This document shows positions 9,825-19,113 of a DNA stretch of 48,823 nucleotides, piece by piece. The DNA is taken from contig CAYYAL010000001.1 of assembly GCA_964469445.1 (NCBI GenBank), positions 1-48,823 on the forward strand, in the 5' to 3' direction. The DNA comes from an uncultured Muribaculaceae bacterium (lineage in GTDB: Bacteria; Cyanobacteriota; Vampirovibrionia; Gastranaerophilales; Gastranaerophilaceae). The position numbers were made by a program, and so were the translations under genes. The notes beneath the pieces are model-generated. The model was not told the DNA's origin and ran no database searches. It worked only from the letters and a program-made list of their open reading frames with translations. Within the stretch, counting starts at the first letter, position 1. Each line of letters begins with the position of its first letter.

Positions 9825-11069
9825 TCAATTCCTATCGTTTCTAATACCTATTGTTCTTGCGATTGCATACTTAAAATCTTCAATTTTTTTGTCAAATTTA
9901 ATCCAAATTTCATCATTTGTATTAGCAACTTCAACCGCCAAACCTTTGTCATTTCTTATATCAAGAACTTTCGTCTGAAATTGTTCAACAGGCGTTATAA
10001 TTTCGATTTCATCATTAAGATTAATTTTATTTTTTATTTTTACCAAATAAAAATCATCTTCTTGTTTATTTTTAAATTCGCAAAGAAAATCCGCCCCTGC
10101 AAGTCCCTTTGAAATATCGTAACTGTAAGCATCTTGAGCATGTTCGCCCAAATAAAAACCTGTTGTGTAACCTCTATTTCCGACTTTTTTAAGTTCTTGT
10201 TTATATTCGGTTAAATCAGCGGAAGGATTTTCAAAAGCCTTATCAATAGCGTTTCTATAAGTTTTTGCAACAGCAGAAACATAATATAAACTCTTAGTTC
10301 TGCCTTCGACTTTGAGCGAATCCACACCTGCTTCAATCAATTTCGGCAAATATTCTACCAAACACAAATCTTTCGGGCTTAAAATATGAGTTCCGCGTTC
10401 TGTTTCCGCAATCGTAAATTCTTGGTTAGGACGAGTTTCTTCAACAAGTTTGTAACTCCATCTGCAAGGTTGAGCACAATTCCCTTGATTTGCCTGCCTT
10501 TCATTCTCCGTCATATAATCGCTTAACAAACATCTTCCCGAAAAAGATACGCACTGAGAACCGTGAATAAAAACTTCCAATTCCACATTAGGATTTTCTT
10601 GCTTAATTCTTTTAACATCTGCAATGGGCAATTCTCTTGCCAAAATAACTCTTTTTGCACCCAAATCAGCCCATAATTTTACTGTTTCATAATTAAGCGA
10701 ATTTGCCTGTGTACTTATATGAATAGGTGTTTCAGGCATATATTCTTTTACAATATTAAAAATTCCCATATCGCTTAAAATTATCGCATCGGGATTTGCT
10801 TCCTTAAATTTATGGATACACTTTTTTAAATTATCAATATCATTATTAAACGCAAAAATATTTATAGTTACATAAGCTCTTGCACCAAGACTGTGAGCCA
10901 AATCAACAGCTGCTTTTAAATTGTCAAAAGTTATTAATTCGCCCTTTCGCATTGCTCGCAAACTAAAATCCACAACGCCCAAATAAACGGCATCTGCACC
11001 GTATTTTACGGCATATTCAAGTTTTTCTAAATTGCCCGCAGGCATTAATAATTCAGGTTTTTTCTTCAT
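9825..11069 (-). CDS. Peptidase U32 family protein
   Basis: 414 aa. Contains 'PELLMPAGNLEKLEYAVKYGADAVYLG' and 'E..IHGS.C.S.SGRCLLS', typical of the U32/PrtC-like family. Confidence 0.85.
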   Translation of the reverse strand: MKKKPELLMPAGNLEKLEYAVKYGADAVYLGVVDFSLRAMRKGELITFDNLKAAVDLAHSLGARAYVTINIFAFNNDIDNLKKCIHKFKEANPDAIILSDMGIFNIVKEYMPETPIHISTQANSLNYETVKLWADLGAKRVILARELPIADVKRIKQENPNVELEVFIHGSQCVSFSGRCLLSDYMTENERQANQGNCAQPCRWSYKLVEETRPNQEFTIAETERGTHILSPKDLCLVEYLPKLIEAGVDSLKVEGRTKSLYYVSAVAKTYRNAIDKAFENPSADLTEYKQELKKVGNRGYTTGFYLGEHAQDAYSYDISKGLAGADFLCEFKNKQEDDFYLVKIKNKINLNDEIEIITPVEQFQTKVLDIRNDKGLAVEVANTNDEIWIKFDKKIEDFKYAIARTIGIRNDRN

Positions 11070-11166
11070 ATAAAAAGTTTAGCATAAATAAAAATTAAAT
11101 ATTTTCATTTATTTTATATTATTAAAAGATATGGTATAATTTACTGGATAAATTAAGGATTTATGT

Positions 11167-12519
11167 ATGAAAAAAGTTTTAAAATTGTTTTTGGCACTGG
11201 TTTTATTAGGAAATTTACAAGCATTTGCAAATGATGCGGAATATTATTTAAAAATCGGCGAACAAAGTCTTGATAGAAAAGATTATATCGTTGCAGAAGA
11301 ATTTTTTACAAAAGCAATAAAAGAAAATCCGAAATTTATTGATGCATACAACAACAGAGCCTACGTTAATATGCAATTAAAAGAGTATAACAAAGCAATT
11401 ATTGATTACACAAAAGTTATTTCACTTTCTCAAAAAAATTTCAGAGCCTATAATGACAGAGCAATCGCAAAATCACGTTTAAACGAATATAACGGAGCTT
11501 TTCACGATTTTGCAAGTGCCATTAAATTAAACCCATTTTATGCGGAAGGTTATAATAACAGAGGATTGCTGAATTTGTCTTTAGGAAATACAAATGATGC
11601 CATAAATGATTTTAACAAAGCCGCAATGATAGACCCTGATTATAAAGAAGCCTTCTTTAACAAAGCAAATGTTGAATTAAAAAAAGAAAATTGGATTGAT
11701 GCAAAAAACGATTTTAAAAAAGTTCTAACCTTTGATGAAAAAAATTCCGATGCTCTTTATGGAATAGGACTTTGCGAATTCAAACTTAAAAATTATGAAA
11801 AAGCTATGCAAAATTTTAATTCGGCAATTTTAATTAATCCGAATAATGCCGAAGCTTATTTTCAAAGAGGTTTGCTCTATATTGATAAAGAAAAATATCA
11901 ATCTGCCTTAAATGATTTTAATATGGCTGCAAAACTTAATCCAAAATCGGATTTAACGAATTATCAACAAGGATTTACTAATTATAAACTTGAAAATTAT
12001 GAAGCTGCAATTGATTTTTTAACAAAATCTATTGAAAAAAATAACACCTTCGGCGATGCTTATTTTTACAGAGCATGTGCCTATGAACACATAAGAAAAT
12101 ATATGGAAGCGATTGCGGATTTTACAAAATTTATCGCACTTGAACCTGATAATATTGAAGCTTACTATTACAGAGGAATGGTAAGACATTATGTAAAAGA
12201 TTATCGAGGAGCGGTTGAAGATTTTAATAGAGTTATAACGCAAGACCCTTCATTTGCAGATGCTTATTTTGAAAGAGCCGAACTTAAAAAATCACTGAAA
12301 AGTTACCCTGATGCTTATGGAGATTACACGCTTGCAATCCACGCAAACCCTAATGTCGCAGATTTTTACTATGAAAGAGGAAAAGTTGCACTTAAAATGA
12401 AACAAAAATCAACCTCTGTCAAAGATTTTATTCAAGCTCAAGAACTCTATCTTCAAAACGGTGAAATTAAAATGTATAAAAAAATGACAAAACTTATTAA
12501 AAGATATTCAAGTCGCTAA
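11167..12519 (+). CDS. Secreted tetratricopeptide (TPR) repeat protein
   Basis: 450 aa. Has an N-terminal signal peptide (…LGNLQAFA) and more than 10 reiterated 34-aa units of the 'A..DF..AI..NP..A.AY..RG' type. Confidence 0.85.
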   Translation: MKKVLKLFLALVLLGNLQAFANDAEYYLKIGEQSLDRKDYIVAEEFFTKAIKENPKFIDAYNNRAYVNMQLKEYNKAIIDYTKVISLSQKNFRAYNDRAIAKSRLNEYNGAFHDFASAIKLNPFYAEGYNNRGLLNLSLGNTNDAINDFNKAAMIDPDYKEAFFNKANVELKKENWIDAKNDFKKVLTFDEKNSDALYGIGLCEFKLKNYEKAMQNFNSAILINPNNAEAYFQRGLLYIDKEKYQSALNDFNMAAKLNPKSDLTNYQQGFTNYKLENYEAAIDFLTKSIEKNNTFGDAYFYRACAYEHIRKYMEAIADFTKFIALEPDNIEAYYYRGMVRHYVKDYRGAVEDFNRVITQDPSFADAYFERAELKKSLKSYPDAYGDYTLAIHANPNVADFYYERGKVALKMKQKSTSVKDFIQAQELYLQNGEIKMYKKMTKLIKRYSSR

Positions 12520-12526
12520 TTATACG

Positions 12527-13444
12527 TTAATTTTCAATTAAAGCATTTAAAAAATCTTCACTGTTAAATTGTTTCAAATCTTCCATTTTTTCGCCGACCC
12601 CGATTAATTTTACAGGCAGACCCAAATCCTTTGCAACAGCAAGAACAATCGCTCCTTTTGCCGAACCATCAAGTTTTGTAAGTGCAACCGAGGTTAAATT
12701 TACGCATTCTTTAAAAATTTTCGCCTGCTGAAGCCCGTTTTGTCCTGTATTTGCATCAAGTACCAAAATACACTCTCTTAGAGCTTCGGGTGCGTTTTTG
12801 TCAATGACAGCTTTAATCTTTGAAAGCTCTTCCATAAGATTAAATTTATTTTGTAAACGCCCTGCGGTATCAACAAGAATTATATCATAATTTTCTTCTT
12901 TAGCCTTTGAAATTGCTTCAAATACAACCGATGCCGGATCGGCTTTATCTCTGCGAACGATATCAGCCCCTGCTCTTTTTGACCAAATATCTAACTGTTC
13001 TTCCGCCGCAGCTCTAAATGTATCTCCCGCTGCAATAAGAACTTTTTTTCCTTCTTGTTTAAATTTATACGCAAGTTTTCCGATTAAAGTCGTCTTTCCT
13101 ACTCCGTTTACACCGACTATAAAATAAATATTTAATTCATTTTCTCTAAAATTAATCTCATTTGAACCTGCATTTTGCAAAACTTTCAAAAATTCTTCTT
13201 TTAAATAATTTTTAACATAAGCGGGTTTTATTTTTTCCTGCCCCCGAAGCTTATCCACCAATTCAGAAGCAAATCCGACGCCCAAATCAGCCTTAATCAA
13301 TAAATCTTCCATATCCTCCAGAACAAATTCTGAAAATTCTTCTTCTTGCTCTACAAAAATCTTCAAATCATTAGATAAAATATCCGTCGTCTTTGAAATA
13401 GTTTGTTTCAAATTTTCAAAATTATTTTGAAAAAATTTAAACAT
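12527..13444 (-). CDS. ftsY: Signal recognition particle receptor FtsY
   Basis: 305 aa. NG domain with GVNGVGKTT, DTAGR and TKLDG. Confidence 0.92.
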   Translation of the reverse strand: MFKFFQNNFENLKQTISKTTDILSNDLKIFVEQEEEFSEFVLEDMEDLLIKADLGVGFASELVDKLRGQEKIKPAYVKNYLKEEFLKVLQNAGSNEINFRENELNIYFIVGVNGVGKTTLIGKLAYKFKQEGKKVLIAAGDTFRAAAEEQLDIWSKRAGADIVRRDKADPASVVFEAISKAKEENYDIILVDTAGRLQNKFNLMEELSKIKAVIDKNAPEALRECILVLDANTGQNGLQQAKIFKECVNLTSVALTKLDGSAKGAIVLAVAKDLGLPVKLIGVGEKMEDLKQFNSEDFLNALIEN

Positions 13445-13446
13445 AA

Positions 13447-14127
13447 TTATTTTTTAATCCCGTTTTCAAGAATAACTTTTGCTAAAATGCCGTTAATAAA
13501 AGACGCACTGTCTTCTGTCGAATATTTTTTTGCAAGTTCCAAAGCTTCATCTACAACGACTTTCATCGGAGTTTCTTTTATATATAAAAGTTCTGCAATT
13601 GCAATTCTTAAAACATCTTTATCCATTTTAATTAATCTGTCAAAATTCCAACCTTTAGAAAATTTTTGAATTTCTTCGTCAATAACTTGCGAATTATCTT
13701 TAAAAGTTTGAGCAATTTTTAAAACATATTCTCTAACTTCATCTTGAGATTCTAAGGTAGCAAATTCAGCTATTTCCAAGGCCGCCAAAGCTTTTTCCGC
13801 AATTTCAAGCAATTCGTCAAGTCTACCTGTCATATCAGATGTCATCGGAAGAGGAACAGGAATATTTTGAACACCGATTGGACGACTTATATTCATTTCA
13901 TGATCATTTTCGTAAGAATTTATAAATTCTTTCATATCAAAAATGGCTCCGAGCGTAAGTTTTAACTCTTCACTTGCATTATTTGTTAAAGTTCTCACCG
14001 TTTTTAAAATAATTTCCTCAAAATCGCTTAAATTGTATTGTGTAATCTTTTTATCAAATTGTGAAAACAATATTAAAGCTAATTCTCTTGCTGCTCTGCG
14101 TGCTTGCATGTTATTTACCTCTTTCAT
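13447..14127 (-). CDS. nusB: Transcription antitermination factor NusB (long form)
   Basis: 226 aa. 'ARRAARELALILFSQ' at the N-terminus and 'DRL..MDKDVLRIAIAELLY...P.KVVVDEALELAKKYS...SASFINGILAKV' at the C-terminus, separated by an insertion of about 80 aa. Confidence 0.8.
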   Translation of the reverse strand: MKEVNNMQARRAARELALILFSQFDKKITQYNLSDFEEIILKTVRTLTNNASEELKLTLGAIFDMKEFINSYENDHEMNISRPIGVQNIPVPLPMTSDMTGRLDELLEIAEKALAALEIAEFATLESQDEVREYVLKIAQTFKDNSQVIDEEIQKFSKGWNFDRLIKMDKDVLRIAIAELLYIKETPMKVVVDEALELAKKYSTEDSASFINGILAKVILENGIKK

Positions 14128-14193
14128 TTAAAATCTTTTTATCTTATAATTAAACCATAAACAAGAGAAAAAAAAATATTTTTAACAGGAGTT

Positions 14194-15363
14194 TTGATGA
14201 AAAGAGCGGTAATTATTGTAATTGATTCCATGGGAATAGGTGCTATGCCTGATTGTGAAGATTTCGGAGATGTTCCGGAATGTAATACGTTAAATAATGT
14301 TGCAAAATTTAACGGCGGACTTAAACTTCCAAATCTTATAAAATTAGGTCTTGGAAATATTTGGGGCGTAGATTTAACAACAAGACTTTCTCCTCTGGCT
14401 CAATACGGAATTATGCAAGAACTTTCAAAAGGAAAAGACACAACAACAGGGCATTGGGAAATTGCAGGCCTTATTTTAGATAAACCTTTCGCAACTTTTC
14501 CTAAAGGATTTCCTGACAAAATTATAAATGAATTTATTGAGAAAACAGGTTGTAAAGGAATATTAGCAAACATTCCGGCATCAGGTACGGCTATCATTGA
14601 AGAATTGAACAAACAACATCAACAAACAAAATTTCCTATTGTTTACACAAGTGCCGACAGCGTTTTTCAAATTGCCGTCGATACTGATTTAATTCCTTTA
14701 GAAACTTTATATAAATGGTGCGAAATCGCAAGAGAAATGCTTCCAAAAACTGTTTCTCGAGTAATCGCTCGACCTTATAACATTATCGACGGAAAACCTA
14801 CAAGAATTTCAAAAGACAGAAGAGATTATGCCGTAAAACCTTATAAAGACACCGTTTTAAATAAAATCAAAAATGCAGGCGGTGCCGTTATCGGAATAGG
14901 TAAAATTGAAGATATTTTCGCAAAATCAGGCATCACCCATGCCATTCATACAGGCTCCAACAAGCAAGGACTTGAGCTTACATTGCAAGCCATAAAAGAT
15001 GAATTGCCTCTTGAAGATATAAAATATCCCGATTTTCAAGGGAATTTGGATAAATCTCTTATTTTTACAAATCTTGTCGATACGGATATGCTTTACGGAC
15101 ACAGAAATGATGCAAAAGGTTATGGAAAAGCTTTGGAAGAAATTGACAAATATGTCGGTCAAATCTTAAATGTTCTTAAAGATGACGATTTACTAATTAT
15201 AACGGCTGACCATGGTTGCGACCCTACCGTCAAAGGAACTGACCATACAAGAGAATTTGTTCCTGTAATCTTCTATAAAAAAGATTATCAATCAAAAGAT
15301 TTAGGACTTATTAAAGGTTTTGATTTTATTGCAAGAAAAGTTGAAAATCATTTGGAAATTTAA
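14194..15363 (+). CDS. deoB: Phosphopentomutase
   Basis: 389 aa. Contains 'VIIVIDSMGIGAMPD', 'DTTTGHWE' and 'TADHGCDPT'. Confidence 0.9.
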   Translation: MMKRAVIIVIDSMGIGAMPDCEDFGDVPECNTLNNVAKFNGGLKLPNLIKLGLGNIWGVDLTTRLSPLAQYGIMQELSKGKDTTTGHWEIAGLILDKPFATFPKGFPDKIINEFIEKTGCKGILANIPASGTAIIEELNKQHQQTKFPIVYTSADSVFQIAVDTDLIPLETLYKWCEIAREMLPKTVSRVIARPYNIIDGKPTRISKDRRDYAVKPYKDTVLNKIKNAGGAVIGIGKIEDIFAKSGITHAIHTGSNKQGLELTLQAIKDELPLEDIKYPDFQGNLDKSLIFTNLVDTDMLYGHRNDAKGYGKALEEIDKYVGQILNVLKDDDLLIITADHGCDPTVKGTDHTREFVPVIFYKKDYQSKDLGLIKGFDFIARKVENHLEI

Positions 15364-15381
15364 GATTTAGGAGTTTATTCT

Positions 15382-16377
15382 ATGGCAAAAATCAGAAAAC
15401 CTTCGATTTTTGATAAAAAACGTTTAAAAAAAGAAATCTCGTTTTCTAATAAAGAAGATATTAATTTATATTTTCCGACAGCATGGTTTTGCAATCTCTT
15501 CAGCGACTTAATTCCGCTTAAATTTAAAACAAATCCGGAAACCTTTGTTCTTGAGGAAGATAAAAAAGTTTTAGGCTCTGTAACAGTATTCTTTCACAAG
15601 GGAAATCCTTTTAAAATAAATATCGGAAGACTTTTCTTTGAACAAGATTACATGGAAGTCGGAAAACAATTAATAGATTATATTGTTTCAAAATATGGGG
15701 CTAAAGGTGCAAAAAATTTCCTGATTAAAATAGAAGATAATCAAACAGAATTGTTAAATTTATTTACGAACGAATGCGGATTTCGCCAATGTTTGTCCGA
15801 AGAAATCTTTAAAATAGATTTAAAAGATTTTAAACAAAATTGCGAATCTTTTTTCAGACCGTTTAAAAATTCAGACGCACAAACTGTTGCGGATATTTAC
15901 AATGATTTATTGATAACTCATTTTAAACCCTCTTTATCCAAATTAAAACGAGAATTTATTGAAGCGTTTTTTGTCGGTTTACAAGCAAATTATACAATGA
16001 AATTTGTTATGGAAGATAAACACACAGATACGATTAAAGCTTATTTAAAAATAACTTCTCCCGATAATAAAAATTTCCTATTAGATATTACAAAAAACAA
16101 TTGGTATGATTGCAATTTTGATGACATAATCGTTTTTACAAAAAATCAAATTGCCAGAAGAACAAAAGATTTTAATCTTTTCGTGCGTGTAAAAAAATAT
16201 AAAACAAATTCGCAAGAATGGGAAGATTATTTCAGAAATAAAGGATTTGAAATGATTGAAAATAAAATAGTTTTGGTTAAAGATTTTTATAAATTAATTA
16301 AAAACACACAAGAAACTTCTGAGAAAAAAATATTAATATTTAATGAATCAAATTCAAAACCCGTCTTTAAAATTTAA
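15382..16377 (+). CDS. Hypothetical protein, possible GNAT-like acetyltransferase fold
   Basis: 331 aa. 'VGKQLIDYIVSKYGAKGAKNFLIKIEDNQTELLNLFTNECGFRQ' resembles the GNAT motif A/B region, but the support is weak. Its stop shares a TTAA with the convergent gene (16374-16377). Confidence 0.35.
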   Translation: MAKIRKPSIFDKKRLKKEISFSNKEDINLYFPTAWFCNLFSDLIPLKFKTNPETFVLEEDKKVLGSVTVFFHKGNPFKINIGRLFFEQDYMEVGKQLIDYIVSKYGAKGAKNFLIKIEDNQTELLNLFTNECGFRQCLSEEIFKIDLKDFKQNCESFFRPFKNSDAQTVADIYNDLLITHFKPSLSKLKREFIEAFFVGLQANYTMKFVMEDKHTDTIKAYLKITSPDNKNFLLDITKNNWYDCNFDDIIVFTKNQIARRTKDFNLFVRVKKYKTNSQEWEDYFRNKGFEMIENKIVLVKDFYKLIKNTQETSEKKILIFNESNSKPVFKI

Positions 16378-17111
16378 AGCTCATTAACTACTTGTCTTAT
16401 AGGTTTATTATCAACAAATTTAAAAGAAATGTCGCTCATATTAAGCCTTCTCATGTGTGGGATATAACTTAATTCGCCATTACAAGCGACTACTTCGGAA
16501 TTTTCCGCTGAAAAATGATAAAATTTCGGTTTTATTTTAGGATTTATGTCATTAACAGCATCTAAAATATAATTTGTTGTACTATTAGTTTGAAAAACAT
16601 CGCCCGGAAGAATATTAGCCTTCGTAACATTTTTAAGTTTATTCTTAATAAATTTTGAAATAGTATTTGAAGATGTATTTGGGAAAATATGAGCCAAAAC
16701 TTGTTCTCCGGAAACTTCATCAATACAATGAAGGATAGCACAATCATGAACACCGCTTGTTGCCAAAGGTGTATTAATACCTGCTTTTAACCAAGTATCA
16801 CCCATTTCCGGTTCTGTTGAAAATCCTGCATCTAGTCCCTTTATTCCCTTATAAAGAGGCAAAGGAATTGCATCTTCTGTTGAAAATCCGAACCATTTTT
16901 TCTCAAGCCTTACCCCTTCTGTTTTCTTTAAATATGTATAAACACCCATCTTTTTAAAAGAAGGAACATCTCGAGAAACCTTTTTTGAAAACTTCTTACC
17001 TTCTCTTACCGCAAAATCAGAGGCATAAGTAAATGCATCTTCTACAACACGTGTCGCTCTATACGTATTACCCTGAAAACTTATTTTAGATAAAGAACTA
17101 CCGTTAATCAT
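16374..17111 (-). CDS. Hypothetical protein with Cys/His signature (CheD-like?)
   Basis: 245 aa with no family recognised for certain. 'TSGVHDCAILHCIDEVSGEQVLAHIFP' recalls the CheD deamidase Cys...His arrangement. Confidence 0.5.
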   Translation of the reverse strand: MINGSSLSKISFQGNTYRATRVVEDAFTYASDFAVREGKKFSKKVSRDVPSFKKMGVYTYLKKTEGVRLEKKWFGFSTEDAIPLPLYKGIKGLDAGFSTEPEMGDTWLKAGINTPLATSGVHDCAILHCIDEVSGEQVLAHIFPNTSSNTISKFIKNKLKNVTKANILPGDVFQTNSTTNYILDAVNDINPKIKPKFYHFSAENSEVVACNGELSYIPHMRRLNMSDISFKFVDNKPIRQVVNEL

Positions 17112-17177
17112 AATTCAATTAAGCAAGATGAAAATAAAAATTGCCTACAATCTCTAAAATATTAATTTTTGTAACGC

Positions 17178-17963
17178 TTATTCAGTTTGAAATGCCCATG
17201 CTGAATGATTGTGAATACTTTCAAAAGCTTCGCATTCAACAGAAAATTTTGTTATAAATTTATTTTTCCTCAACATTACAACAACATCTCTCAAAACATC
17301 TTCAACAAATTTCGGATTTTGATAAGCAGTTTCGGTTACAAATTTTTCATCTTCCCTTTTTAAAAGAGGATAAACAGGACAAGAACCGCATTTTTCAATT
17401 TCATCAATTAAATCCTCAATCCAAATAAGCTTTTTTTCATCAAAAGAAATCTTAACCTTAATAATTGCACGTTGATTATGAGCTCCTAAATCGGAAATTT
17501 CCTTTGAACAAGGGCAAAGTGTCGTTACGGGAACATTTACACCCAATGTAAAATTATAATCTTCTTTATTTAAAGTTCCTTCAAAAAAACAATCATAACC
17601 CATCGGCGATGCAATTTGAGTTATAGGCGATTTTTTATCTATAAAATATTTAAAATTAAATTTCAAATAAGCACTTTTTGCTTCTAAATTATTTTTTATC
17701 GCATTCAAACACCCTCTAATATCAACCCCTAAAAGATTTTTAGTCTTCCACTCGCTTAAAACCTCTATAAATCTTGACATGTGAGTGCCTTTATAATCTT
17801 TCGGTAAAGAAACACTCATCTTTGCAACTGCACTTACAACTTGATTTTCAGCACCCTTACGTTGAATAATTAAAGGAATTTCTACATCTTTAACCCCGAC
17901 TTGTTGAATATCAACTTCCCTTGTATCTTTTTGATTTTGAACATCTTTTAACAAAGTTTTCAT
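17178..17963 (-). CDS. folE2: GTP cyclohydrolase IB (FolE2)
   Basis: 261 aa. Contains 'DVQNQKDTREVDIQQVGV', 'KGTHMSRF' and 'LCPCSKEIS..GAHNQR'. Confidence 0.85.
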   Translation of the reverse strand: MKTLLKDVQNQKDTREVDIQQVGVKDVEIPLIIQRKGAENQVVSAVAKMSVSLPKDYKGTHMSRFIEVLSEWKTKNLLGVDIRGCLNAIKNNLEAKSAYLKFNFKYFIDKKSPITQIASPMGYDCFFEGTLNKEDYNFTLGVNVPVTTLCPCSKEISDLGAHNQRAIIKVKISFDEKKLIWIEDLIDEIEKCGSCPVYPLLKREDEKFVTETAYQNPKFVEDVLRDVVVMLRKNKFITKFSVECEAFESIHNHSAWAFQTE

Positions 17964-18287
17964 CTAATTTTCTCTTTCACTTTCTTGATTTTCTAAAGAT
18001 GTCAATAATTTTAATGCAGCTTTTCTTTGAACATCACTCGGTGCAACCCTTAATAATTCAATGGCTTTCATCATAACAGGGTCATTATCATACCAACGAT
18101 TTCCCTTCCCTTGATATTTATTCATCATTTCATGAACTTGTTCTATAACATCTGCCGCAACTTCATTTTGCATATTTAATAAAAAATCCGCAGCTTCCTC
18201 TTGCATCTTATCAGTGGATAATCTCAATAATTCTAATGCTTCCTTTAATACAGGATCTTTATCATACCAACGTCTGTTTTCGCTCAT
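17964..18287 (-). CDS. Small internally duplicated protein (RWYD-x-DP repeat)
   Basis: 107 aa with two units of about 45 aa: 'RRWYDKDPVLKEALELLRLS...' and 'NRWYDNDPVMMKAIELLRVA...'. Its TAG stop abuts the folE2 ATG. Confidence 0.6.
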   Translation of the reverse strand: MSENRRWYDKDPVLKEALELLRLSTDKMQEEAADFLLNMQNEVAADVIEQVHEMMNKYQGKGNRWYDNDPVMMKAIELLRVAPSDVQRKAALKLLTSLENQESEREN

Positions 18288-18458
18288 TTATTTCACCTTT
18301 TTCCTTATTAATAAAGTTTATCATATTCAAATTAATTAAGTAAACAAATGTTACAGTATTAAAAAAAAATTTACGTTATGAAATATTTTAAGACAATTCA
18401 TTTTTTATATGATACATTAATAAATGTGGACTTGATTATATGTTTAAGGAGATAGTTA

Positions 18459-19058
18459 ATGCCGGAATATTTAAGCAAAGAAGAGATTAAGCAATGGAGA
18501 AGCTCTCTTGAAAAAATAACTCTGGAAGAATATGCAATGAGATTAGGCAAAGTTGTCTTGGAAGAAAAAAAGACAAATGACATCGTTGATATCGTTTTAA
18601 AAGGCGGTACAAGAATGTCTTCCGATGACGAATTAAACACTCAAAAAAGTGAAAGATTAACCTCTATTGTCCAAAGAGCTTTTGAAAGAGAAAAACAAAT
18701 TTCTCATACACCATTTTCCATTCACGCACAAATTTCTCAAGAAACACCTAAAAAATCTGTTTCTAAATCTAAAAGTGCTGAAAAAAAAGAAGAAAAAATT
18801 AATTTGAAATCAATTATCAGCAATGTTGTTTCAAGCGAGGATAACTTTATATTTAATAAAGCACTTACTGACAGAGAACAAATGGTTTTTGACTATTTTG
18901 CAAAAAATTTAGGCTCTATCGTTTATGCTAAAGATTTAGCAACTTTACTTGAATTGCCAAGAGATTATGTTTATAAATATATTAAAAATTTAAGAGCAAA
19001 AATTCAAGGCGACAAATTGAAAAATTCAGATAATGGCGGTTATATTTTACTACCGTAA
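18459..19058 (+). CDS. Hypothetical protein with C-terminal winged-helix DNA-binding-like domain
   Basis: 199 aa. A Ser/Lys-rich linker is followed by 'LTDREQMVFDYFAKNLGSIVYAKDLATLLELPRDYVYKYIKNLRAKI' (OmpR/LuxR-like wHTH pattern). Confidence 0.45.
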   Translation: MPEYLSKEEIKQWRSSLEKITLEEYAMRLGKVVLEEKKTNDIVDIVLKGGTRMSSDDELNTQKSERLTSIVQRAFEREKQISHTPFSIHAQISQETPKKSVSKSKSAEKKEEKINLKSIISNVVSSEDNFIFNKALTDREQMVFDYFAKNLGSIVYAKDLATLLELPRDYVYKYIKNLRAKIQGDKLKNSDNGGYILLP

Positions 19059-19068
19059 AAATATTTCT

Positions 19069-19105
19069 TAAAAAATGGCGGAGCCAAAGGCTCCGCCATT
19101 TTTTA
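19069..19105. terminator. Bidirectional intrinsic terminator (GGCGGAGCC hairpin family)
   Basis: TAAAAAATGGCGGAGCC-AAA-GGCTCCGCCATTTTTTA, a 17-bp perfect stem between convergent genes. Confidence 0.85.
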
Positions 19106-19113
19106 TACCCAAA

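Noticed and set aside
18288-18458. Possible Zur/Fur box upstream of the repeat-protein/folE2 operon (GTAAACAAATGTTAC around 18342-18356)
   Set aside because: Only 4 bp per arm are complementary, which is too weak to call without a genome-derived motif.
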